The notes beneath the pieces were generated by a model. It searched no databases. It saw nothing but the letters and a program-made list of their open reading frames with translations, and was not told the origin of the DNA. From an uncultured Bacteroidota bacterium (GTDB lineage Bacteria; Bacteroidota; Bacteroidia; Bacteroidales; SZUA-534), in assembly GCA_946186925.1 (NCBI GenBank), contig CAMHPA010000002.1, positions 30,668-94,667 of the forward strand: a DNA stretch of 64,000 nt. Direction: 5' to 3'. The position numbers and the translations under genes are program-made. Within the stretch, counting starts at the first letter, position 1. Every line of letters starts with the position of its first letter. Below are positions 53,345 through 61,708 of the stretch, one piece after another.

Positions 53345-54472
53345 TTATATCGATTTTTTCAGCGTTTCGTACATATTTCTGGCAATGCCCTGCCAGCTGT
53401 ATTTGTCGTAGAAAGCCTGCGGCGTATCGCCCGTGAGCGACAGAGCGCCAACCAGACTGCTGGCGAACATATCCCAGTTGTTGTCGACCACCACCTGCAG
53501 CTTGCTTCCGCACACGGTGGTGTCAATTCCGATGGCGCCCATCGATGTGGAGACAACCGGACGGTTCTGCCCGATGGCCTCAATCACCTTCGACTTGATG
53601 CCGCCGCTCTGCAGCGCTGGGTTCATCACCACGTCGGAACTGCGGATGTACTCGTTGATGTCATCAACAAAACCGGCATAGACGATGTTGTTGCGTTTGA
53701 GGTCGTTGAAACGGCTCTGATACTCTTTCGACAGACCGCCGCCGCAGATGAGAATCTTGTAGCCTGTGCCGCCCATCAGCTTTTGCAGGCGCGGCGCAAT
53801 CTCGTCGATGATTATTGACAGAGACTCGATGCTGGGCAGATATTTCAGCACGCCGAAGAACATAAAAATCTTGTCGTTGGGGTCGATGCCGTGACGGCCG
53901 AGCACAGTGGCGCGCTCGCCGGCGGCAACGGGCTGCAGCTCGGTCTGCTCGATTCCGTAAGGTTTCAGGTGGCATTTGTCGGGACTCAGGCTGAACTTGT
54001 TGATGGCAATCTGGCGGTCCTGGTCGGTGGTGAAGAAGGCGCCTTTGGCAATCTTCATCGCAAAACGCTCCCACTCAAACATTGCCGGCCACCACCATTT
54101 TCCGGTGGCCATCGACCGCAGATACTCAATGTTGATTGAATGGATGAACACCGGCACACCTGTCTTTTTTGACAGCGTGCCCATCCAGCCCAGCACGGGC
54201 TGCTCCAGAATAATCACATCGGGTTTGAGCTCAACCACCTGGTCGTAGATGATTTTGTAGTTGACGCGCGAGATGCGACGGAAAGCCGACCTCGGGACGA
54301 TGGGCCGCAGCTCGAACGAGCATTCGGGAATGGTTGAGCCGACGCCAGTGATGACAGTCAGATTGGCGAACTGCCCCAGGGCGTTAAGATAGCCGAAAAC
54401 GCCTTTCTGGTCGCCTGAAACGGGCGGACAGAGCGGCTCGGGAGCTATCGACAGAATTTTCAGTTGGTCCAT
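53345..54472 (-). CDS. Glycosyltransferase family 4 (GT-B, group 1)
   Basis: 375 aa. C-terminal half with ...SGGIKSKVIEAIGQNRPVVST..G (an EX7E-like region). Confidence 0.75.
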   Translation of the reverse strand: MDQLKILSIAPEPLCPPVSGDQKGVFGYLNALGQFANLTVITGVGSTIPECSFELRPIVPRSAFRRISRVNYKIIYDQVVELKPDVIILEQPVLGWMGTLSKKTGVPVFIHSINIEYLRSMATGKWWWPAMFEWERFAMKIAKGAFFTTDQDRQIAINKFSLSPDKCHLKPYGIEQTELQPVAAGERATVLGRHGIDPNDKIFMFFGVLKYLPSIESLSIIIDEIAPRLQKLMGGTGYKILICGGGLSKEYQSRFNDLKRNNIVYAGFVDDINEYIRSSDVVMNPALQSGGIKSKVIEAIGQNRPVVSTSMGAIGIDTTVCGSKLQVVVDNNWDMFASSLVGALSLTGDTPQAFYDKYSWQGIARNMYETLKKSI

Positions 54473-54480
54473 ATTGCGGT

Positions 54481-56205
54481 TTATTTACGTGGTTCGGAAT
54501 TGGTGCCGTCGGGCTGCGCATCGGTTTTGGCGGCCGGCGAGAGCAGGCGTTTGTACTCGTCGGGGTTGTTGAGCACGGCCACCGCCTTGATGAGCGTTGA
54601 GTCGGCGGGCAGCTGAGCCTTTGCGCGGCCCTCCTGATAGTAGTAGCGGCTGGCAATCTCCTCTTGGAGCAGCATACTGATTTCGGACTGATGCGTCTTC
54701 AGGTCCTGCTCTTTGTTGTGGGCCAGCTTGTCGCGAAGCTGTTGCAGGTCGCTCTCAATGGCGTCGGTATGACTCTCGCGCTTCACAGCTTTCTCAAGGT
54801 CGGCAATAAGTTTCTCGCTTTCAAGCTTATAGTCGTAGCTCTTGTCGGCCAGAAAGCTGGTAAAATCGGCATAGTCGGCATCGCTCAGGGCGAATTTCTC
54901 CGGCTCGCAAATCGACGGGTGCTTCTGCGCATAGAGCGTGGCGTAATCGAAAATCAGATTCTTGCTGTAGAGGCTGTAGGTGATGTTGCTCATCATCTCG
55001 GGCTCCACCTTCACATCGGGCAGAACGCCGCCGCCGTCGTACACATCGCGGCCGGCGCGTGTCTGAAACTTGGTGATGAGCGAGTCGGGCACCTTGCCCA
55101 CACTGCCGTCGGCGTTGCGGTGCGAGTAGTCGAGCGCCTGAATGCAACGGCCGCTGGGAATGTAGTATTTTGCGGTGGTGAGCTTGAGCTTGGTGTTGTA
55201 GCTAAGGTCGCGGGTGGTTTGCACAAGGCCCTTGCCGTAGCTGCGTGTGCCCACAATAACGCCGCGGTCGAGGTCCTGAATCACGCCCGACACAATCTCC
55301 GACGCCGAAGCCGACCCGCTGTTGACGAGCACTGCCAGCGGAATCTCGGTGTCAACGGGCTCACTGGTCGAATAGTAGGTTTTGTTCCACATCTTCACCT
55401 TGCCCTTGGTGCTGACAATCTCCTGCCCCTTGCCCACAAAGATGTTCGACACGTTGATGGCCTCGTTGAGCAGGCCGCCAGGGTTTCCGCGAAGGTCGAG
55501 CACAAGGCCGCGCAACTGGTTGTTCTTCTTCAGATTGAGCAGAGCCTCTTTAACCTCCTGGCTGCAATTCTCGGTGAAGTTGTTGAGGTGGATGTATCCG
55601 ATTCCGTCGGCCACCATTCCGTAGTAAGGCACGCTTTTCACCTTGATTTTCTGGCGGATAATCTCCACTTTGCGCAGCTGGCCCGTAAACGGAGTCTCAA
55701 CGGTGAGCACCACCTTCGATTTGGGCTCGCCCTTGAGCAGCTCGCTCACATCCTCGCTTTTCATATCGGCAATGTCGCGGCCGTCAATCTCTTTGATGAT
55801 GTCGCCTGCGCGGATGCCGGCCTGTGCGGCAGGAGCGTCGGCAATGGGCTCGTTCACCTCAACGTATTTGCCCTTGCTGTGGATGTAGGCTCCGATGCCG
55901 CCGTACTGGCCGGTGGTCATAAAGCGGAAATCCTCAATGTCCGACTCGGGAATATAAACCGTGTAGGGGTCGAGCGATTTGAGCATCTCGTCGATGCTCT
56001 TCTTCACAAGGTCGCCGGCGTCAATCTCGTCAACGTAATAGATTGACAGCTCGCGGAACAGTGTGTGATAGATGTCGAGGTTCTTCGACATCTCAAAATC
56101 GCGCTCGCCGGTGCCCATAAACCCGACGCCCAGCACTACGGCAGCCGCTATGGCCGCCACTCCCCATTTAACTTTCGATTTATTCATTGCATCTGTAAAT
56201 TTCAT
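54481..56205 (-). CDS. S41 family C-terminal processing peptidase (with PDZ domain)
   Basis: 574 aa. PDZ segment AGIRAGDIIKEIDG, with DLRGNPGGLL and SGSASASEI. Confidence 0.9.
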   Translation of the reverse strand: MKFTDAMNKSKVKWGVAAIAAAVVLGVGFMGTGERDFEMSKNLDIYHTLFRELSIYYVDEIDAGDLVKKSIDEMLKSLDPYTVYIPESDIEDFRFMTTGQYGGIGAYIHSKGKYVEVNEPIADAPAAQAGIRAGDIIKEIDGRDIADMKSEDVSELLKGEPKSKVVLTVETPFTGQLRKVEIIRQKIKVKSVPYYGMVADGIGYIHLNNFTENCSQEVKEALLNLKKNNQLRGLVLDLRGNPGGLLNEAINVSNIFVGKGQEIVSTKGKVKMWNKTYYSTSEPVDTEIPLAVLVNSGSASASEIVSGVIQDLDRGVIVGTRSYGKGLVQTTRDLSYNTKLKLTTAKYYIPSGRCIQALDYSHRNADGSVGKVPDSLITKFQTRAGRDVYDGGGVLPDVKVEPEMMSNITYSLYSKNLIFDYATLYAQKHPSICEPEKFALSDADYADFTSFLADKSYDYKLESEKLIADLEKAVKRESHTDAIESDLQQLRDKLAHNKEQDLKTHQSEISMLLQEEIASRYYYQEGRAKAQLPADSTLIKAVAVLNNPDEYKRLLSPAAKTDAQPDGTNSEPRK

Positions 56206-56249
56206 TCAAAACCAGCGGACTTGCCGCCGCAAACAAAGGTAAAACATCG

Positions 56250-56660
56250 TCACAAATCTGCGCTCTTGCGGCCCACTTTTTCCGCCAGCCGCGCCAGCAG
56301 CTGCCTGACGCTGCTCTCGGCATCGGCAAACGTCATTGGCTCAGTGTTTTGCGCCACAAACAAGAACGACAGTTTCAGCGGTTTGTTGCACAGTGCGTCG
56401 GTCAAAATGTGGCGGTTGAGTCTGAAGGCCTCGCGCATAAGGCGTTTGTTGCGGTTGCGGTCAACGGCCAGATGGTGGATTTTCTTTGGTGCCACAAACC
56501 CAACCTGATGGCTGTAGGCGTCGGCCGGCTCCGCGGCAAAAACCAGCTTGATGCCGCCCGCCCGCAGCACGCGGTTCTGCACAAAAACAGCCTCAATAGC
56601 CTTGCGCAGCTTGAGGTGCTCGGTGCGCTTGTAAGTGTATTGGTGTTTGCTCTGCTCCAT
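56250..56660 (-). CDS. rnpA: Ribonuclease P protein component
   Basis: The ATG at 56660 gives MEQSKHQYTYKRTEHLKLRKAIEAVF...KKIHHLAVDRNRNKRLMREAFR, the RNR motif region. The track start at 56681 is TTG. Confidence 0.75.
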   Translation of the reverse strand: MEQSKHQYTYKRTEHLKLRKAIEAVFVQNRVLRAGGIKLVFAAEPADAYSHQVGFVAPKKIHHLAVDRNRNKRLMREAFRLNRHILTDALCNKPLKLSFLFVAQNTEPMTFADAESSVRQLLARLAEKVGRKSADL

Positions 56661-56722
56661 AGTGCCGCAATAAAGGAGCAAATATAGGGGAATTTGTTAT
56701 CGGAATGTCCCTTTTAATCATT

Positions 56723-56941
56723 TCAGTTTTGAGCATATAACTTTGCTCTCAATGCTGCCCAATAGTCGGTGGTTTCATTGTCATTGTACACCTTTTGTGT
56801 CCGTGGGTTGAAAGAAAATGGCTTAGCCTTCCTGTTGGTGGTTACATACTTTCTTTCGCCATTAATGTTGATTGAAAACTCAATGGGACAAAGCCCATTT
56901 TTACTTGCTTTAGAAGCCCTGCAAAGAAATGAAAAAGTCAT
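56723..56941 (-). pseudogene. Remnant: N-terminal Arm DNA-binding domain of a Bacteroidota tyrosine integrase
   Basis: MTFSFLCRASKASKNGLCPIEFSININGERKY... matches the characteristic N-terminus of Bacteroides-type integrases. The ORF stops after ~72 aa, with no catalytic domain. It lies 187 nt from the 3' end of tRNA-Ser. Confidence 0.5.
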
Positions 56942-57127
56942 AGCAGTTTTACTTTTAAAATGTTGAACAATAAATATTTGCGTCAACTTTTTTCAGTCTC
57001 ACTTTGCGACTTTTGTCAGTCTCACTTTTTAACACCGATTAAGGCATTTTTTAGGGTTTAAGGGGAAACTAAAAAAGCCTCAACTTATTGTAAGTCAAGG
57101 CTTTGTCTATTTGTATTTTCTTTCCAG

Positions 57128-57215
57128 CGGAGAGGACGAGATTCGAACTCGTGGTACACTAATCGCGTACGACAGTTTAGCAAACTGTTGGTTTCAGCCA
57201 CTCACCCACCTCTCC
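57128..57215 (-). tRNA. tRNA-Ser (anticodon GCU)
   Basis: Folded by hand: acceptor GGAGAGG/CCTCTCC, anticodon stem ACAGT/ACTGT with loop TTGCTAA, a long variable arm, T-arm ACGAG-TTCGAAT-CTCGT, and discriminator G. No CCA is encoded. Confidence 0.9.
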
Positions 57216-57341
57216 AAAGTGTTCTGTGCTGAACGCGCTCATTTGAGCGGCACAAAAGTATGAATTTGGCTTTCAATAGCAAACTAAAAGAGATATTTTT
57301 TTTCGAAACCGCACTATCGATGGTAGGTTTCAATCTTTTAG

Positions 57342-58037
57342 CTACTGATTGCTTCCCCGCTTGGTATAAACCACAATGGCACCATTGCCGCCCATGGCAC
57401 CGAATATATTGGCGTCTTTCAAAATCTCAACATGGTCAATTGAGTAGACATCAATGCCTAACAGAGTGTCAACAATCACACCATCAACCACATACAGAGC
57501 CTCAGTTGGCCCGTTGATTGATGTGGTGCCTCTAATGTAGGCTTTCGCTCCTTCTCCATTATGGCCGCGCAAGACATTCAGGCCCGGAACCAACCCCATC
57601 AATGCTTCAAGAACATCGTCGCGGCCGGTGCGGACAATATCCTCACCCGAAATGACAGTTGTTGCGGAATTGTAGCGCTCGCGTGTGCGTACATAGTCGT
57701 AGCCGATGCTCACCAAATCCTCATCGTTTTCGGCCGTATACTGCATCTGGTCGGCAAGACGTATGCGTATACCTTTGACACCGTCCACAGGAATGATGTA
57801 TAGTGTTTTCTTATACACCACATGCAAAGTGTCGGTTGGCTTCACATCGGTCAAGCCGAAACGCCCCTGTCGGTCAGTGAGAGCAAAACGGTTGGCATCA
57901 GTAACATAGACGCGGGCTTTTTTGACCGGCTCGTTTTTAATATCAACAATCACACCGTTGAATGGCACACCTTGGCCACCGTTTTGCGCTATCGCGGCAA
58001 GCGGCAACATAGCTAATGCAACTAACAACCTTTTCAT
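57342..58037 (-). CDS. Stand-alone CarboxypepD_reg + TonB-dependent-receptor Plug domain protein (no barrel)
   Basis: The ATG at 58037 gives MKRLLVALAMLPLAAIAQ (signal peptide). It contains the DTLHVVYKK... regulatory-like domain, then the plug motifs DVLEALMGLVPGL, IRGTTSINGPTEALYVVDG and HVEILKDA. It ends at ~230 aa. Confidence 0.65.
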   Translation of the reverse strand: MKRLLVALAMLPLAAIAQNGGQGVPFNGVIVDIKNEPVKKARVYVTDANRFALTDRQGRFGLTDVKPTDTLHVVYKKTLYIIPVDGVKGIRIRLADQMQYTAENDEDLVSIGYDYVRTRERYNSATTVISGEDIVRTGRDDVLEALMGLVPGLNVLRGHNGEGAKAYIRGTTSINGPTEALYVVDGVIVDTLLGIDVYSIDHVEILKDANIFGAMGGNGAIVVYTKRGSNQ

Positions 58038-58181
58038 AGTTTTAAAATTTTGCATTAAAGATGCTATTTTTTTTGCAGAAACTGTCTCATTTTTCGATGT
58101 TTGGCCAAAATAAAACGGCAATCGGCATTATTGCCGTAAAAGCAGGGGCGTACCTGTCATTCACCATCTCAGATGAAAATA

Positions 58182-59225
58182 TCACTCACCAGCAACCGGC
58201 AACTGGAAAATATTGCCCACCACAAACAACAGAATGTAGGCCGTGAGTCCGGCAATGACAGGCGTGGCAACCCAACCCAAAACAATGTTTATCAGTACTT
58301 TGTACTTGATGCTGCGGCCGCCTTTGAGCAGACCGATGCCCACAATTGAGCCGATAACAACCTGCGTGCTCGACACCGGTACTTGCGGAATGCGCCCCAA
58401 GCCAAGGCTGGCAATGGCGTCGGAGAGCCCTTTCGACGAGAAGATGAACAGCACCAAGCTCTGCGCCAGCACCACCACCATAGCCGTCTCGGCCGAAAGT
58501 GGCATAAGGTCGTTGCCCACAACCTTCATAGTGCGCTGTGAGTAGGTGAAAATGCCCACCGAAATGGCCACAGCACCAAGGAAGAACAGTTGCTGGCTGC
58601 TCGACAGTGTCAGCGGACCGATGCTCAGCGCGGGCAGACTGACGGCGTTCACAAACACGCCCATCACGTTTACTATGTTGTTGGCACCCAGGCTGTAAGC
58701 GCCGAAAGCGCCAATCAGCAAAAGCAGAATCTTCAGCACGGTGTGCTTCCAAAGCAGGTGCAAATGCAGACGCTTAAAGGCTTCGTGGACAATCAGATAC
58801 AGAATAACAGCAAACACCGCGCCAAGCAGCATTCCAACCACCCACGACGAAGCAATCTTACCCAGCAGAACGGTGTCGGTTGAGCGTCCCGCGAAGAAAT
58901 TCCACCCGATGATGGCGCCCACAATGGCCTGCGATGTTGAGACAATCAGGCTCGATTTCACCATCATAAAAATTGCAAGTGCCGATGCCAGCGCAACGGT
59001 GAACGCGCCCGCCAACTGGTCGATGGTGCCAAGACGGCCCAGAGTGTCGGCTCCGCCTTCGCCCTGAAAGGTTGCGCCGATAATCACAAAGATGCTCGCC
59101 ACAATGGCTGCCGTGCGGAACCGCACCATACGCGTGCCCACCGCCGAGCCAAAAATGTTGGCTGCGTCGTTGGCGCCAAGGCTCCAGCCCAGAAACAGTC
59201 CGCTCGACAGAAAAAGCAACAGCAT
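58182..59225 (-). CDS. Inorganic phosphate transporter (PiT/PHO4 family)
   Basis: 347 aa, multi-TM. GANDAANIFGSAVGT at the N-terminus and a second GANNIVNVMG repeat. Confidence 0.9.
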   Translation of the reverse strand: MLLLFLSSGLFLGWSLGANDAANIFGSAVGTRMVRFRTAAIVASIFVIIGATFQGEGGADTLGRLGTIDQLAGAFTVALASALAIFMMVKSSLIVSTSQAIVGAIIGWNFFAGRSTDTVLLGKIASSWVVGMLLGAVFAVILYLIVHEAFKRLHLHLLWKHTVLKILLLLIGAFGAYSLGANNIVNVMGVFVNAVSLPALSIGPLTLSSSQQLFFLGAVAISVGIFTYSQRTMKVVGNDLMPLSAETAMVVVLAQSLVLFIFSSKGLSDAIASLGLGRIPQVPVSSTQVVIGSIVGIGLLKGGRSIKYKVLINIVLGWVATPVIAGLTAYILLFVVGNIFQLPVAGE

Positions 59226-59226
59226 A

Positions 59227-59877
59227 TCAGAGCATCACTTTGATTATCAGCAACGAAAGAATATCAGCCACATCTTCGGCAGCATCGCTCAACTGCTCCA
59301 CATGGCGTGTGAAATAGCGCAACTGCTCCTGCTGTGCAAGGTCGATGCCAGGCGTCTGCTGGAAGATGACGCGCCGCAGGTCGTTGGCCGCGCGGTCGCT
59401 CTCGCGCTCGTAGAAGTAGATTTTGTTGATGTGCTCCTTGGCCGATTCGGGCGCGGTGAAGAATACCCGCACCGCAGCAACGGCTTCCATAGTGGCTTCG
59501 GCCGACATCTCGTTAAGACTCTTGAAATCGGCCTTAATGGTGTCGGGCAACTGCGGCCGCTCCACGCTGAACTGCTGCAGCACGTATTTGGCCTTGTCCA
59601 GAAGGTCATCGGTCTTGTCGAGAAGGTGCAGCACATCGCTGGCAAACTGCGGTAGCAGCGAGTGCACCAGAAAATCGTTCTCAATGCCGCGCTGAAGATT
59701 ATCGGCTGCTGACTCCTTCTCCTCAACCAGTCGCAGGCGCGTCTCAAAATCGGTTTCGCGGCCATCAGTGTAGTTGTTCACGGCTTCGCGGAAGAGCAGC
59801 AGGCCGTTCTCAATCTCGTTGATAAAATTGTCGATTTGGCGAATGACCGCCCCCGCCGTTTTCAAAATTCCTTTCAT
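59227..59877 (-). CDS. DUF47 (PhoU-like, TIGR00153) protein paired with PiT
   Basis: The ATG at 59877 (MKGILKTAGAV...) gives ~216 aa, all-helical. It ends 1 nt before the PiT start, the canonical DUF47-PiT pairing. Confidence 0.8.
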   Translation of the reverse strand: MKGILKTAGAVIRQIDNFINEIENGLLLFREAVNNYTDGRETDFETRLRLVEEKESAADNLQRGIENDFLVHSLLPQFASDVLHLLDKTDDLLDKAKYVLQQFSVERPQLPDTIKADFKSLNEMSAEATMEAVAAVRVFFTAPESAKEHINKIYFYERESDRAANDLRRVIFQQTPGIDLAQQEQLRYFTRHVEQLSDAAEDVADILSLLIIKVML

Positions 59878-59984
59878 GACTCTGTGTGTTATTCCGATGT
59901 CTAAGGTAGGGATTTTTTCATTAGTGTGCCGCAAGTTTTTAGGAAGGTCGTTGTATTGAGGGCAACAGGCAGGACTTGTTTAGT

Positions 59985-60119
59985 CGGTGAACTGGTGAAT
60001 CGTATTTTTAGGACTACGGACAACAGACTTCAGACAACAGACAAATCCTAGATTCCAACCCCCAACAACTATCACCTAATATTCAACACCCGGTATCGCC
60101 CTGACGGGCGGAATTTTTT
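59985..60119. repeat. Intergenic element, copy B (same head and tail words as 48292..48400) ending in a hairpin plus T-tract
   Basis: cggtgaact-ggtgaatcg (59985..60002), ggactacggacaacagacttcagacaacagac, ccaacccccaacaactatcacctaatattcaacacc, and the hairpin cgccc-tgac-gggcg (60097..60110) followed by gaatttttt. Confidence 0.65.
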
Positions 60120-60154
60120 AGAAAATCTATAAGAAAATCATTCAAAATCAGTTT

Positions 60155-60219
60155 TTAACCAAACTTATCCAAAATAACCCAAAATCTTTTGTTTGGATAA
60201 ATTCGGGTTCGTTTGGTTA
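60155..60219. repeat. Interrupted inverted repeat containing two TTATCCAAA boxes
   Basis: The left arm is ttaaccaaac-ttatccaaa (60155..60173). The right arm is tttggataa (60192..60200) ... gtttggtta (60211..60219). Confidence 0.8.
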
Positions 60220-60355
60220 GAGACAAAAAACTAACAATCAGATTTTTATGTCATTATTGTTTCTAACCGATTTTATCCGATTAAATCAGAAAAAGGTATC
60301 GGTTAGAATCGGGTTGAATCGGTTAGAGATAAAAACCTAAAAATCAATTTTTTAT
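60215..60355. repeat. Imperfect ~35-nt direct repeat plus ATCGGTTAGA 10-mers
   Basis: ggttagagacaaaaaactaacaatcagatttttat (60215..60249) against ggttagagataaaaacctaaaaatcaattttttat (60321..60355). ATCGGTTAGA occurs at 60298 and 60318, and inverted at 60262..60271. Confidence 0.8.
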
Positions 60356-60417
60356 AATTTTTCAAATCAATTTTCTTAAAATTTCTCGCGTAAGCGAAAA
60401 CCGTATTGATACACCCA

Positions 60418-60981
60418 TTAAACATACCTCGCTCGTTCGCCGCCAATGAGTTTGGGGCGGCAGAAGGCGGCCACCACGTGGGCACAGCCAATGCTGTTCG
60501 GTGTGGGGTGAACGGGCACAGCTACGTCCTTCAGGTGCATACCAATGAGCGTGTCGCCAATGTCGAGCCCAGCCGAAGCCTTAACGTGCTCAACCACAAC
60601 CGCCTGGCTGAAGCCGCCGTATGCCGCAGTGGCAAACGAGCCGCCACCATGCAGCCACGGCACCACGCTTACAGGCTCGTAGCCGTAACGTTCAGCGCAT
60701 TCGGCCTCAACCACAAGCGCGCGGTTAAGGTGCTCGCAGCATTGGCAGGCAAGATAAACACCGCGCTCAGAAAGGATTCGGTGCGCTGTAGCAAAGATGG
60801 TTGCGCCAATCTCGGCACTTGAGTTTTTGCCAATCAGACCGCCGGCAACCTCGCTCGACGAGCATCCAACCACAAAAACAGACCCTTTGGCCATCGGGTG
60901 GGCATCGAGCAAATTGGTCAGAATCTGCTCTGTCTGCTTTGAAATGTTTTCTAAATCAATTGTTTTCATATTCAAATCCAT
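60418..60981 (-). CDS. TIGR01440 (DUF436/UPF0340) family protein
   Basis: 187 aa. VFVVGCSSSEV.G..IG..SS.EIG, CCEHLNRALVVE, PW.HGGGSFATAAY and DIGDTLIGMHLK match the family as I recall it. Confidence 0.75.
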   Translation of the reverse strand: MDLNMKTIDLENISKQTEQILTNLLDAHPMAKGSVFVVGCSSSEVAGGLIGKNSSAEIGATIFATAHRILSERGVYLACQCCEHLNRALVVEAECAERYGYEPVSVVPWLHGGGSFATAAYGGFSQAVVVEHVKASAGLDIGDTLIGMHLKDVAVPVHPTPNSIGCAHVVAAFCRPKLIGGERARYV

Positions 60982-61064
60982 TATTTGCGAACCTATAAAA
61001 TAAGCCAGCGCAAATATATTTTATGGTATGGAATTATGATTCAGAAATTCTATGCCGTATGAAT

Positions 61065-61661
61065 TTAGAAACGCATTCTTATACCCGCAACAGCCCAGCC
61101 CTGCGCAGCAGGTCCGATTTCAGAAAACACACGGAAAGAACCAGGACCATATTCGGTTCCAAACGCAGCTGATATACAAGGAATAACAAGTATATCATTG
61201 TAGATGTCACCCGAGAAATCGGCGCAATCATTGCGGCGAGATATGTTCATTCCAAGCCCTCCTTTTGTATAAATACGCCATTTCTCTCTTGTGATAATAT
61301 TGCACTGCAAAACACACATAATACGCCATATTTGGCACTTCTCAGTCCACGATTTTTCCAGTATCTCATCGTAAATTAATCCGTCCATCAGTTCGTAGTT
61401 TGCCAGCACACCTGCTTCTAATTTTGGCATTTGTGGTATGCTGTGCATATACTGAATGTTGAAAATGCCTGTGTAGCCGCCTTTTTTAATCATATATCTG
61501 ATTCCCGCTTCGTCTGCGGATTCCACGGTTGACCAATCATAATGATAAGCCGAAGGAATACCGTAGAACACGGCTATTTGATTTTTGGGGCTCTCAGTTT
61601 GAGAGTGCCCGCACAACGCCCAACCGAAAATAAATATAAATATTGCAGTAAATTTTTCCAT
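61065..61661 (-). CDS. Small outer-membrane beta-barrel protein, paralog 1 of 3
   Basis: 198 aa. Signal peptide ...GWALCGHSQ, then PKNQIAVFY. C-terminus GPAAQGWAVAGIRMRF. Confidence 0.6.
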   Translation of the reverse strand: MEKFTAIFIFIFGWALCGHSQTESPKNQIAVFYGIPSAYHYDWSTVESADEAGIRYMIKKGGYTGIFNIQYMHSIPQMPKLEAGVLANYELMDGLIYDEILEKSWTEKCQIWRIMCVLQCNIITREKWRIYTKGGLGMNISRRNDCADFSGDIYNDILVIPCISAAFGTEYGPGSFRVFSEIGPAAQGWAVAGIRMRF

Positions 61662-61708
61662 AATAAGTATTTTATAATTACTTGATTGTCAATAACGAGA
61701 ACGGTGTC

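Noticed and set aside
49510-56681. The nine-gene co-directional block (rnpA, S41, GT4, mscS, cmk, ispH, hldD, terC, porin) as a possible novel functional system
   Set aside because: The genes are individually well-understood housekeeping functions with no shared pathway. Tight packing and small overlaps (cmk/mscS by 4 nt) are normal for Bacteroidales core regions.
60150-60360. CRISPR array
   Set aside because: The repeats are imperfect, AT-rich, irregularly spaced and partly inverted. There is no run of three or more equal repeat-spacer units and no cas gene in the window.
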